Assembly: GCF_036323395.1 (NCBI RefSeq)
Contig: NZ_AP028907.1
Location: forward strand, 930,001-962,000
Source: Pyrodictium abyssi
GTDB taxonomy: Archaea; Thermoproteota; Thermoprotei_A; Sulfolobales; Pyrodictiaceae
Direction of reading: 5' to 3'
Length of the DNA: 32,000 nt
Shown here: positions 7,830 through 16,169 of the stretch, piece by piece
Layout of the letters: each line of letters starts with the position of its first letter
How positions within the stretch are numbered: position 1 is the first letter of the stretch
Notes under the pieces: model-generated
What the model was told of the DNA's origin: nothing
Databases searched by the model: none
Seen by the model: only the letters and a program-made list of their open reading frames with translations
Translations under genes and position numbers: made by a program

Positions 7830-8778
7830 AGCTTACACCCATGAACTCAGCCGCTGATAGTATCCTCCCACATGAGGCCCGTAGTGCTTCAAGATGCCGG
7901 GGGTACTCTATGTCTCTTGCGAAATGGTGGTCAGCCACCACTGCGTCTCTGGCGACGCGGCAAAGCGTTTTTAGATTCTCGAGCCCCTTTTTGACGCTCT
8001 CCGCGTCTATCTTGTATCCATCAAAATAGGTTGGAGGCCCGCTTAGAAACACGATGTCTGGACGCCACTTGCTGAGCACCTCTAAAGGCCTAGAGGAAAT
8101 GGGCCCCTGGATATCTGAGGCGTGGACGAAGGATGAATCACAGCACTTAATCATAACCATGACAACGTAGCCTAGCTTTGTGCCGTCAGGGCCGTGAGGC
8201 ATGGGCGGTGAGCCGTGTATCTCCAGCCCCCTGTCCACCACGTAGACGTTGTTGTCAATGTGTACTACTTCCTTAGCTAGCTCGGCTACACGGCTGCGCT
8301 TCAACAAGCGATGAGCACGGATACGCTGGCTCACATTTATGTTGCTCGTAGGATGCTTCACTAGTAGCACTTTGCCACGGTATAGCTCAGCTTCTTCACC
8401 GTGGTACAGGTAGTGGTCGTAATGGTAGTGCGTGATAACAATTATATCGGTATCCTCTAGCTCGCGATATATGCGTTCCCGTATCTCTTCGAGCCTCCTA
8501 AGCTCGACAGGATGCGGTGGGAGACCGTAGCGACGGGGCGCAAAGCTCACGCCAGGGTCTACAAATATCTTGACGCCGCCAGCCTCGACTACCGTGGCCA
8601 TTGAGCGGGAGCCGAAGCTGTCAGCACCGATTATCCTTACCCGTAGCTCCGTCAAGGGTGGAGCCCCAGCCCCGGCTAGAGGACGGGTCGTTCGGCGAGA
8701 AAGGTGGTTCGGTGGCGGCCGCCAGGCATAGCTATCCTCACAGCGTGGCACATGGCTCGGCTGAGGGGAAGGCTCCAC
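7753..8778 (-). CDS. UPF0282-family MBL-fold metallo-hydrolase
   Basis: 'RIIGADSFGSRSMATVVEAGGVKIFVDPGVSFAPRRYGLPPHP.E' followed by 'ITHYHYDHY' (H.H.DH-type motif). The conserved part starts near TTG 8655. The first ~41 aa of the listed ORF are Pro/Arg-rich and may not be translated. Confidence 0.75.
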   Translation of the reverse strand: MEPSPQPSHVPRCEDSYAWRPPPNHLSRRTTRPLAGAGAPPLTELRVRIIGADSFGSRSMATVVEAGGVKIFVDPGVSFAPRRYGLPPHPVELRRLEEIRERIYRELEDTDIIVITHYHYDHYLYHGEEAELYRGKVLLVKHPTSNINVSQRIRAHRLLKRSRVAELAKEVVHIDNNVYVVDRGLEIHGSPPMPHGPDGTKLGYVVMVMIKCCDSSFVHASDIQGPISSRPLEVLSKWRPDIVFLSGPPTYFDGYKIDAESVKKGLENLKTLCRVARDAVVADHHFARDIEYPRHLEALRASCGRILSAAEFMGVSYEPLEALRKELWRSGGEAANSDRAS

Positions 8779-8833
8779 ACCGATCCACTAGCCCTTATGC
8801 TGTGCCGGGTAGTAATTAGCGCTACTGGTGCCC

Positions 8834-9277
8834 CTACTCCTCTACGACCTTATAGCCCTCGAAGACCCAGCGATACTTCTCGTAGACGCGCTTGTCTATT
8901 ATTACGTCGCGCCCGTCTATGCTGAATCTTAGCCCAGCGATAGGGTGGGACGGGGGGTCAGGGTAGCCGGCCAGCTCTGGAGGCTTCTCTCTGCCGACGT
9001 AAATCCACTTTACTCTCGATGTCTTACCAGACTTGCCTGCGTAGACTACACGCCACCAGTACCTGCCAATGTAGTAGTATGTTCGCCGCCCCTCAGAGGT
9101 ATTCCTTGAAACCACGTGGAGGGGTTTTAGGTAGAAGCCGGTATCGCGTATAAGGCTGTTGTACCGGTATATACTGTGCCTATATTCCTCAAGGAACTTC
9201 TCCACCGCCTCCAGGCCATTGATTATGCGTAAGCGCTTGCGTCCGGGCATTGCGGCAGACCCATGCATAGCATACAA
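8834..9277 (-). CDS. Hypothetical protein (147 aa), aromatic-rich
   Basis: Compact ORF in a co-directional gene string, 25 nt downstream of metG. Contains 'RRTYYYIGRYWWRVVYAGKSGKTSRVKWIYVGREKP'. I recognise no family. Confidence 0.5.
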   Translation of the reverse strand: MYAMHGSAAMPGRKRLRIINGLEAVEKFLEEYRHSIYRYNSLIRDTGFYLKPLHVVSRNTSEGRRTYYYIGRYWWRVVYAGKSGKTSRVKWIYVGREKPPELAGYPDPPSHPIAGLRFSIDGRDVIIDKRVYEKYRWVFEGYKVVEE

Positions 9278-9302
9278 AATATCTGCTGGGATAGGAGAGC
9301 GG

Positions 9303-11024
9303 CTACCAGCGTAGTAGCGGCGGCCGTTTCTCCATTACCTTTTTCCTGGCTTCTGCTAGTAGCTCGTGCACCTTTTCGGGGAAGTCGCTGGGCAGTTTGC
9401 GGAAGAGTGGCTCCGGCTCTCCTAGCGTGTGGCCCGGGTTGAGCAGTGGCTTGGAGGCCTCTAGCCAGCGGCCGGGCTCGTGCACAGAGCCCTCCATGTT
9501 GAGCATCTTCCATAGCCTCTCGGCGGCGTCTGGTGTGAACGGTGCTAGGAGTACTGCGAGCTCGGCGACAGCATTGGCGGCCACATACATAGTTGTGGCA
9601 GCGTCCTGGGGATCAGTCTTGATCTTCTCCCAGGGCGCCTTCGCGTTTAGGTACTGGTTGCCCCTTCTGGCCAGCTCTACTACCTCTTCTAGGGCTTGTT
9701 TGAGCCGGAAGGACTCTATGTAGCTGCCAACCCTGCTAGGCGCTGCGAGTATGTAGTCGAGGTACTCCTTGTCCAGATCTTTAATCTCGCCTGGCTCTGG
9801 TACTTTGTTTCCGAACCGCGACTTTATGAACTTGAGGACGCGGTGTACAAAGTTGCCTATATCATCGTTCATATCGCTATTCACAATCCTAGTGAACTCG
9901 CTCCACGTGAAGTTGGTGTCCTTAGTCTCGGGCCTCATCTTAATGAGTGCAAAACGCCAGTAGTCGGCCGGTAGAAGCTCTAGTGCCTCGTCCATCCATA
10001 TGCCCCAGCGCCGGCTCTTAGAGAACTGCTCGCCTTCATACATTAGGTACTCTGTAGAGGATATATACCATGGGAGTGTGTAGGGGTCGCCGCTGGCCAT
10101 GAACATCGCCGGTAGTATTATGGCGTGGAACGGTATGTTGTCCTTGCCTATGAAGTAGACCGTCCTAGTCTCGCTATCAAACCAGTAGCGCTTCCAGAAC
10201 TCCTCGTCACCCTTCTCCCTTATGCCGTACTCCTTAGTAGCCGACACGTATCCTAGAAGCGCGTCGAACCAGACATAGATTGTCTTACCCTCTGCACCGG
10301 GGAATGGCGCTGGTATCCCCCACTTGTTGTCGCGGGTGACGCTACGCGGCTTAAGCCCCTCTTTGACCCAGTTCATGCTGTAGTTCTTAACGTTGGGCGG
10401 TAGACGGGACTCCTGGAGCCAGCGTAGCAGCTTCTCCTGTAGCTTGGGGAGGTCGAAGAACCAGTGGCGACTCTTCCTGAACTCCACGGGGCCTCCACAT
10501 ATGGCGCATCTAGGGTTCTTTAGCTCGGTTGGGTGTAGTAGCCGTCCGCAGTTGTCGCACTGGTCTCCGTAGGCCTTCTCGAAGCCACAATAGGGGCAGG
10601 TGCCTACGACGAAGCGGTCGGGGAGAAACATTCCGTCGCGAGGACAGTAGGGGAGCACATCGTCCTGCTCGAAGATATAGCCGTTCTGGTAGAGCTTCAT
10701 CATGAACTCCTGGACGAAGCTCTTGTGGACAGGGCTCTCGGTGCGAGTGTAGTTGTCGAAGCTTATGCGGTACTCCCGGATAAGCTTGGAGACATACTCG
10801 TGAGCCTGGTCGGTGAGCTGCTTGGGATCAACACCCCTACGTATAGCCTCTATCTCTATAGGAGTCCCATGCTCGTCGCTGCCGCTCACGAATACCACGT
10901 CTTCTCCGCGGAGCCTTAGGTAGCGGGCAAACACGTCGGCTGAGAGTATAGAGCCTATCAGGTTGCCTAAGTGTGGTACATTGTTTACGTATGGCCAGGC
11001 AGATGTGACTACCCATCGTGCCAT
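9303..11024 (-). CDS. metG: Methionine--tRNA ligase (core enzyme, no C-terminal dimerisation/tRNA-binding appendix)
   Basis: Contains the class I HIGH variant 'PHLGNLIG' and KMSKS variant 'KFSKSRRWG'. Zinc knuckles are CPYCG....CDNCG and C.ICG. Confidence 0.95.
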   Translation of the reverse strand: MARWVVTSAWPYVNNVPHLGNLIGSILSADVFARYLRLRGEDVVFVSGSDEHGTPIEIEAIRRGVDPKQLTDQAHEYVSKLIREYRISFDNYTRTESPVHKSFVQEFMMKLYQNGYIFEQDDVLPYCPRDGMFLPDRFVVGTCPYCGFEKAYGDQCDNCGRLLHPTELKNPRCAICGGPVEFRKSRHWFFDLPKLQEKLLRWLQESRLPPNVKNYSMNWVKEGLKPRSVTRDNKWGIPAPFPGAEGKTIYVWFDALLGYVSATKEYGIREKGDEEFWKRYWFDSETRTVYFIGKDNIPFHAIILPAMFMASGDPYTLPWYISSTEYLMYEGEQFSKSRRWGIWMDEALELLPADYWRFALIKMRPETKDTNFTWSEFTRIVNSDMNDDIGNFVHRVLKFIKSRFGNKVPEPGEIKDLDKEYLDYILAAPSRVGSYIESFRLKQALEEVVELARRGNQYLNAKAPWEKIKTDPQDAATTMYVAANAVAELAVLLAPFTPDAAERLWKMLNMEGSVHEPGRWLEASKPLLNPGHTLGEPEPLFRKLPSDFPEKVHELLAEARKKVMEKRPPLLRW

Positions 11025-11106
11025 ACCTGTCAGGCCCCCGGCGATAGAGTGCGCATGCTAGGCCCTTGTTATTTTAGGTGCTTCCCAGCTGGTCATAACC
11101 CACCGG

Positions 11107-12057
11107 GTGGCTTCTCTAATGGAGTCAGAGGCTCCGAGACATATAGCTGTAGGCAACCTCAACATAGACGTATACATGGTTGTTGACTACATACCGGGTC
11201 CTGACGAGAACGCGGTAGCCAGAGAGGCCTACATTGGGCCTGGCGGGGCTGCGGCAAACTACTCGGTAGCTGCGGCTAGGCTGGGGCACAGAGCGTCTCT
11301 CCTCAGCCATACAGGTAGGCTCGCTGAACAGCTCGGTGTTCTAGGGCTGCTATGGGAGCGCGGGGTAGACACGTCACTTGTAAAGATACATGATAACGAG
11401 ATGCCAGGCATAGTTATAGTCCTAGTAGCTCCTGGCGGAGAGAGGACAATGATAACTATGCGTGGCGCTAACAACCTGCTGAGAGGCGACGAGGCCAGTG
11501 GCGCTGAGGCAGATGTCCTACATGTGGCTAGCCGTGGTACAGAAGTACTTCGGCGTGCAGCCTCAACTATACGCTCGAAGATTGTATCCTACGACCCGGG
11601 TGGCGCAGCTGCACGTAGAGAGAAATCGCGCATACTAGAAGCTGCACGGGAACTAGCTGATGTGCTGGTCCTTAACCGGGTCGAATACCGGCTTGTAGCT
11701 GGGGATAAGCCCCTCAGCGAAGCCCGGGACCTCCTCGGCGGCAAGCTGAAGTATGTCATAGTGAAGAAGGGTGCTGAAGGTGCGATACTCGTAACGCGTG
11801 ACGGCCTATGGCATGTAGATGCGTTCCGTGCCGGAGAGGTTGTCGACACTACCGGGGCAGGCGACGTGTTCATAGCAGTGTTCAACTCGTACCTAATAGA
11901 AAAGAGCGACTATATCACGGCCCTCCAGGCAGCATCAATAGCAGCTGGCATCAAGGTCACACGCAGGGGGGCACAAAGTGCACCAAGCAGAGAAGAGATC
12001 GAGAGATTCCTCCGCGAAAACCCGCCGAGGGTCCACGAGTACGAGGGCGGAGCTTAG
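11107..12057 (+). CDS. PfkB-family carbohydrate/nucleoside kinase (ribokinase-like)
   Basis: Contains 'GPGGAAANYSVAAARLG' and the PfkB signature 'DTTGAGDVF'. The ATG at 11119 is an alternative to the listed GTG at 11107. Confidence 0.85.
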   Translation: MASLMESEAPRHIAVGNLNIDVYMVVDYIPGPDENAVAREAYIGPGGAAANYSVAAARLGHRASLLSHTGRLAEQLGVLGLLWERGVDTSLVKIHDNEMPGIVIVLVAPGGERTMITMRGANNLLRGDEASGAEADVLHVASRGTEVLRRAASTIRSKIVSYDPGGAAARREKSRILEAARELADVLVLNRVEYRLVAGDKPLSEARDLLGGKLKYVIVKKGAEGAILVTRDGLWHVDAFRAGEVVDTTGAGDVFIAVFNSYLIEKSDYITALQAASIAAGIKVTRRGAQSAPSREEIERFLRENPPRVHEYEGGA

Positions 12058-12442
12058 ACTCGACTGCCGGCTAGCTAGCGGCAGATACTGTGCGTTGTGC
12101 TGCTACTCTACCGAGATGCCTCTCACGAGAGAGGATATCGAGAGAATAGCATCCCTAGGCTATAGCCCAGACTACTTCGTAGAGCATGTGGACGGGGTGC
12201 CACGGCTTAGAAACGTTGAAGGCCACTGCGTCTTCCTAGACCCCTCCACTAACAAGTGCAAGATCTACCCTCATCGGCCTATGGGCTGTCGCCTCTACCC
12301 GCTAGTATATGTGCCCGGCGAGGGAGTCGATGTGGACCCGGAGTGTCCGAAAGCCTACACCATCGACAGAAAATCCGTTAGAGAGCTTGCTCCCCTAGTC
12401 TTACGCTTAGTAGAGATGATATATGGGAGTGAAAAGCTATAG
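11978..12442 (+). CDS. YkgJ-family (CxxCxxCC-type, UPF0153) cysteine-cluster protein
   Basis: 'C.......YCALCC' near the N-terminus plus 'GHCVFLDPSTNKCKIYPHRPMGCRLYP' is the Fe/Zn-chelating-domain pattern. The start is uncertain (see findings). Confidence 0.6.
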   Translation: MHQAEKRSRDSSAKTRRGSTSTRAELRLDCRLASGRYCALCCYSTEMPLTREDIERIASLGYSPDYFVEHVDGVPRLRNVEGHCVFLDPSTNKCKIYPHRPMGCRLYPLVYVPGEGVDVDPECPKAYTIDRKSVRELAPLVLRLVEMIYGSEKL

Positions 12443-13996
12443 CGATAATTGCTCTCCCTGTAGCCTTCTCCGAAGTACGCGGAATGTCGGCGTGACGCTA
12501 CGCGGGTGGTTGGCGTACACATTGTCTAGCCTCCCTATGGAAGTGTTCTTTGGCAGCTGCTTGAGCGCTGAGGGGTTGCGGCGGGCCTCCCTGGCTATCT
12601 CCTGGAGCGCGACGGCGTACTCCTCTATCTGGCGTCTTGGCTCCGACTCCGTGAACTCTATCATAAGCGCCTCGTCCACTATAAGTGGGAAGTATATTGT
12701 CGGCGCGTGTAGACCTCTATCGAGCAGTGCCTTCGCTATGTCTTCGGCTGTGACTCCTGTCTCTTGTTTTAGTGGTTTAGCTGAGAGTACTAGCTCGTGC
12801 TTCCTCGGCCTCTCCGGGTCGTACGGGAGCTCGTAGCCGTCAACTCCCCCCATAAGGGCTATGAAGTAGTTAGTGTTGATAACGCTCTGTATCGCGGCCT
12901 CCCGGAGCCCCTCTCCTCCCAGCATGGCTATGTATATGAAGGCTTTTACCAACGGCGCTATGTTGCCATAGAACATGCGTATCCTTCCTATGCATTTCTC
13001 GCACTCATAGTCCCAGTAGTAGCGGTCACCCTTCTTAGCTATGAGTGGTCTTGGAAGATAGTCGACGAGCTCTCCCCGTGCACATACGACGCCTGCACCC
13101 GGCCCTCCGCCGCCGTGCGGCGCGCCGAAGGTCTTGTGGAGGTTCAGGTGTATTATGTCGAAGCCCATGTCGCCAGGCCGCACGATACCCATTATGCCGT
13201 TAAGGTTGGCACCGTCGTAGTATAGGAGTGCACCTATGCTGTGCAGCTTGTCTGCTATCTCTAGTATCTGGTCCTCGAAGATGCCGAGTGTGTTGGGGTT
13301 TGTCAGCATTATGCCGGCAGTCCGCTCGGATAACGCGGCATCCAGTGCCTCCATGTCCACGGTTCCATTCTCTGAAGTCGGTATCCTTACTACCTTGAAC
13401 CCCGCCATGGCGGCGCTAGCGGGGTTAGTGCCGTGGGCGGAGTCCGGGATAAGCATCTCATCACGGTCCTCGCCTCGGTCCATGAAGTATTTGCGTATCA
13501 TTAGTGCTCCTGCCAGCTCTCCAGCAGCGCCGGCAGGGGTCTGTAGGCTGCACCTATCCATGCCGGTCAGCTCTGCGAGCCAGCGCTCAAGGAGGTAGAG
13601 CATCTCAAGGAGGCCTTGCACCGTGTCGGGGTCCTGGTATGGATGTAGGTAGCGTATTCGAGGGTCCCTAGCTATATCCTCGCTTATCTTAGGGTTGTAC
13701 TTCATAGTGCACGAGCCTAGTGGCACGGGGCCTACGTCTACGCCGTAGCTCATCTGGCTTAGCCGCGTAAAGTGGCGTACAACCTCTATCTCGCTAAGCC
13801 CCGGTATCTCCGGGACCCTATCCCGGAGCATACGGCCGAGCTTCTCCTCTGGCGTAGCGCCGAGTACGCGTTCTAGCTCTGCGTCTTCGTCGCTGTAGGG
13901 ACGTATGAACCCGGAGTTGTCGGGGCTTCCTAGCTCGTATACCAGGGGCTCGCTCCATCTTGCCTGTCTCCAGCCACTCCTTGCTCCAGGGATCAT
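12437..13996 (-). CDS. gcvPB: Glycine dehydrogenase (decarboxylating) subunit 2, P-protein C-terminal half
   Basis: 519 aa. The PLP-lysine block is 'HLNLHKTFGAPHGGGGPG'. It overlaps gcvPA by 4 nt. Confidence 0.95.
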   Translation of the reverse strand: MIPGARSGWRQARWSEPLVYELGSPDNSGFIRPYSDEDAELERVLGATPEEKLGRMLRDRVPEIPGLSEIEVVRHFTRLSQMSYGVDVGPVPLGSCTMKYNPKISEDIARDPRIRYLHPYQDPDTVQGLLEMLYLLERWLAELTGMDRCSLQTPAGAAGELAGALMIRKYFMDRGEDRDEMLIPDSAHGTNPASAAMAGFKVVRIPTSENGTVDMEALDAALSERTAGIMLTNPNTLGIFEDQILEIADKLHSIGALLYYDGANLNGIMGIVRPGDMGFDIIHLNLHKTFGAPHGGGGPGAGVVCARGELVDYLPRPLIAKKGDRYYWDYECEKCIGRIRMFYGNIAPLVKAFIYIAMLGGEGLREAAIQSVINTNYFIALMGGVDGYELPYDPERPRKHELVLSAKPLKQETGVTAEDIAKALLDRGLHAPTIYFPLIVDEALMIEFTESEPRRQIEEYAVALQEIAREARRNPSALKQLPKNTSIGRLDNVYANHPRSVTPTFRVLRRRLQGEQLSL

Positions 13997-15384
13997 AGAG
14001 CCTCACCTATGGCTTCTACAAGCCTGTCTATGTCCTTCATGCTGTGAGCCTCTGTGACGCAGAAAAGCGCAGAACAGTCGTCCATGAGTGGGGGCTTATC
14101 CGCTAATGGGAGGCCACCGAGTATCCCCTTCTCGAGGAGCATCCTGTGTACAGTATGGTAGGGCTTCGGGAACTTCACGACGAACTCCTTGAAGAACTCC
14201 CCGCCGAACAACGGCGACTCTACTCCCTCAAACTCGGCGAGCCTCTTGGCGGCATAATGGCTGCGTAGCCAAATACTCCGGGCCAGCTCACGTAGCCCGC
14301 TACCTCCGAGAAGGACCATGTACGCTGCAGCAGCTACCGCCATTAGTGCCTCGTTGCTTGTTATGTTCGATGTCGCCTTCTCGCGGCGGATGTGTTGTTC
14401 ACGGGTCTGTAGAATCATCGTAAAGCCGTACTCTTTGCCATCAATAGTCTTCGTCAGCCCTATCAGACGGCCAGGCATCTGTCTTACTAGCTTCCTGTCC
14501 CACCGCGTAGCGAATATCCCTAGGTACGGGCCCCCGTAGTTTAGACCCAGTCCTAGCGGCTGGGCATCGCCGACAACTATGTCGGCTCCATAACTCCCCG
14601 GTGGGCGTACTATGCCGAGGCTCAGAGGGTCAACACCTACTATGAACAGGGCCTTCCTCTTATGTGCTACCTCGGCTATAGCGTCAACACCGTCTTCAAT
14701 GACTCCGAAGAAGTTTGGAACCTCGACATATACTGCGGCAGTGTTGTTATCTACTATGTTCTCCAACTGTTCTAGGTCTACTCTACCTGTCTCACGGTCG
14801 AAACCTACGAGTTGTATGTTGACATCCTTACCTAGAAGCCATGTCTTTATTACCTCCATGCGCTCTGGGTGTATGTTCCCTGCCACTACTACCTTCCTCC
14901 TCTTCGTCACACGCATGGCTGCCAGTATGGCCTCTGCTGCAGCAGTACTCCAATCATACATAGACACGTTTGCCACATCCATCTCAAGAAGGTCGGCCAT
15001 AAGACTCTGGTACTCGAAGAATGCTTGGAGGAGGCCCTGGTTTATCTCGGGCTGGTACGGTGTGTATGCTGTGTAGAACTCGTTTCGAGAGACTATAGCG
15101 TCCACGACGGCCGGGATTGTATGGAAGCAGACTCCTCCTCCAAGGAAGGGCGGTGGGTCGGTATAGACCTTGTTTTTGCGGAGCATTGAGTCTACGATCC
15201 TTCTAAGCTCCCATTCGGAGAGCTGACGCCCGAAGCCGATGCCTGGCGGTTTTTCGAGTACTATTTTGCGGGGAACATCCTTGTAGAGCTCCATCACGTC
15301 GTCGATGCCTATACGTCTAAGCATTTCTCTGCGATCCTTCTCATTAGCTGCCGGGGCCCATGGGAGCCTCAAATACCGTAGCAC
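13993..15384 (-). CDS. gcvPA: Glycine dehydrogenase (decarboxylating) subunit 1
   Basis: 463 aa. 'FYTAYTPYQPEINQGLLQAFFEYQSLMADL' is the P-protein N-terminal signature. The start is GTG. Confidence 0.95.
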   Translation of the reverse strand: MLRYLRLPWAPAANEKDRREMLRRIGIDDVMELYKDVPRKIVLEKPPGIGFGRQLSEWELRRIVDSMLRKNKVYTDPPPFLGGGVCFHTIPAVVDAIVSRNEFYTAYTPYQPEINQGLLQAFFEYQSLMADLLEMDVANVSMYDWSTAAAEAILAAMRVTKRRKVVVAGNIHPERMEVIKTWLLGKDVNIQLVGFDRETGRVDLEQLENIVDNNTAAVYVEVPNFFGVIEDGVDAIAEVAHKRKALFIVGVDPLSLGIVRPPGSYGADIVVGDAQPLGLGLNYGGPYLGIFATRWDRKLVRQMPGRLIGLTKTIDGKEYGFTMILQTREQHIRREKATSNITSNEALMAVAAAAYMVLLGGSGLRELARSIWLRSHYAAKRLAEFEGVESPLFGGEFFKEFVVKFPKPYHTVHRMLLEKGILGGLPLADKPPLMDDCSALFCVTEAHSMKDIDRLVEAIGEAL

Positions 15385-15412
15385 CCGGGACTCCAGAGGC
15401 GATTTGCCCCAG

Positions 15413-15419
15413 TTAATTA
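15413..15419 (-). promoter_or_regulatory. TATA-like box (TAATTAA on the minus strand) for gcvPA-gcvPB
   Basis: Centred about 32 nt upstream of the GTG at 15384. The spacing fits a short-leader or leaderless archaeal promoter. Confidence 0.4.
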
Positions 15420-15765
15420 GGCTAGGAGTAGCTACAATGCCGGAGTAAAGATAATCAACTGGTAGCAGCGTATGCAGTAGCTTTCGGGGCTATGACGAGA
15501 GTCATGCCACCCGACGTAGAGAGAATGAGGCTAAACCCCTGGGGTAGCAGAGCCCCGTGGGCATAGCCCAGAACTCTGCTACAGTTTGGCGTGCTAGCAT
15601 TAGAGAACGGCCGACGCCAGCCTATGATGTGGACGTGGCAATTCTAGCTAGACCCAGCTAGATAAGGCATGGTCGAACAGGGCGCATTTCGGCTGTAGAC
15701 AGGAGCTGCAGAGGTTACGAAGGGTGGCTAGGAGGTGTTCTGGTGGGGCTTGGAAGGCCCGCAGG

Positions 15766-15885
15766 TGGAGCCGCCGCCGGGATTCGAACCCGGGACCCCC
15801 GGCTCCCTCGGAACCCGCGGTGTGTCCCGCGGCTGGACGCCAGCGGGCTTACGAGGCCGGTGCTCTACCGCTGAGCTACGGCGGC
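15766..15885 (-). tRNA. tRNA-Thr (anticodon CGU) with a ~45-nt intron after position 37; CCA is encoded
   Basis: Hand-folded minus-strand read: GCCGCCG-TA-GCTC-AGCGGTA-GAGC-A-CCGGC-CTCGTA[intron 15805-15849]A-GCCGG-GGGTC-CCGGG-TTCGAAT-CCCGG-CGGCGGC-T-CCA. All four stems are Watson-Crick. The intron contains a CCGCGG/CCGCGG hairpin. Confidence 0.85.
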
Positions 15886-15920
15886 TCCCATGTATTAGGC
15901 TAGGGTCTGTAGCAGGCGGC

Positions 15921-15929
15921 TTTATAGGG
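15921..15929 (-). promoter_or_regulatory. TATA-like element (CCCTATAAA on the minus strand) upstream of tRNA-Thr
   Basis: Lies 36-44 nt upstream of the mature tRNA 5' end, consistent with a short leader. Confidence 0.3.
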
Positions 15930-16085
15930 TTATCGTGTAGTACACTGCTTCTCGGCCGATGACGCGACACGCAGGCCTAGTAGATCCTCCCGCCTTCAAG
16001 CTAGGCGGGAGGGGATGCTATAGCCCGTCCACGGCCGAGGCCGTCAAAGCTAGTGTGGCTCTGCAGTTGGGCTGTACTATGTTTA

Positions 16086-16137
16086 TCAGCGCTCAGCCTT
16101 GTCCTCACAGCCCCTCCGCGTAGGACGCCTACATCAC
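16086..16137 (-). ncRNA. Candidate box C/D sRNA (C 7 - guide 12 - D' 4 - spacer 6 - C' 7 - guide 12 - D 4)
   Basis: Minus-strand read: GTGATGT-aggcgtcctacg-CGGA-ggggct-GTGAGGA-caaggctgagcg-CTGA. The spacing is exact for archaeal C/D sRNAs. The C box has one mismatch (last A to T) and D' has one mismatch. It lies in a gene-free gap. Confidence 0.5.
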
Positions 16138-16169
16138 CTAGCTAGTGGTCGAGCTTTTTGCTGGATTAT

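Noticed and set aside
15620-15650. C-box-like ATGATGT in the gcvPA/tRNA-Thr gap, and similar isolated (A/G)TGATG(A/T) strings at 1651, 18143, 23808 and 25023
   Set aside because: No CTGA-type D'/D boxes lie at 10-12-nt spacing and no second box pair is present. Isolated heptamers are expected by chance.
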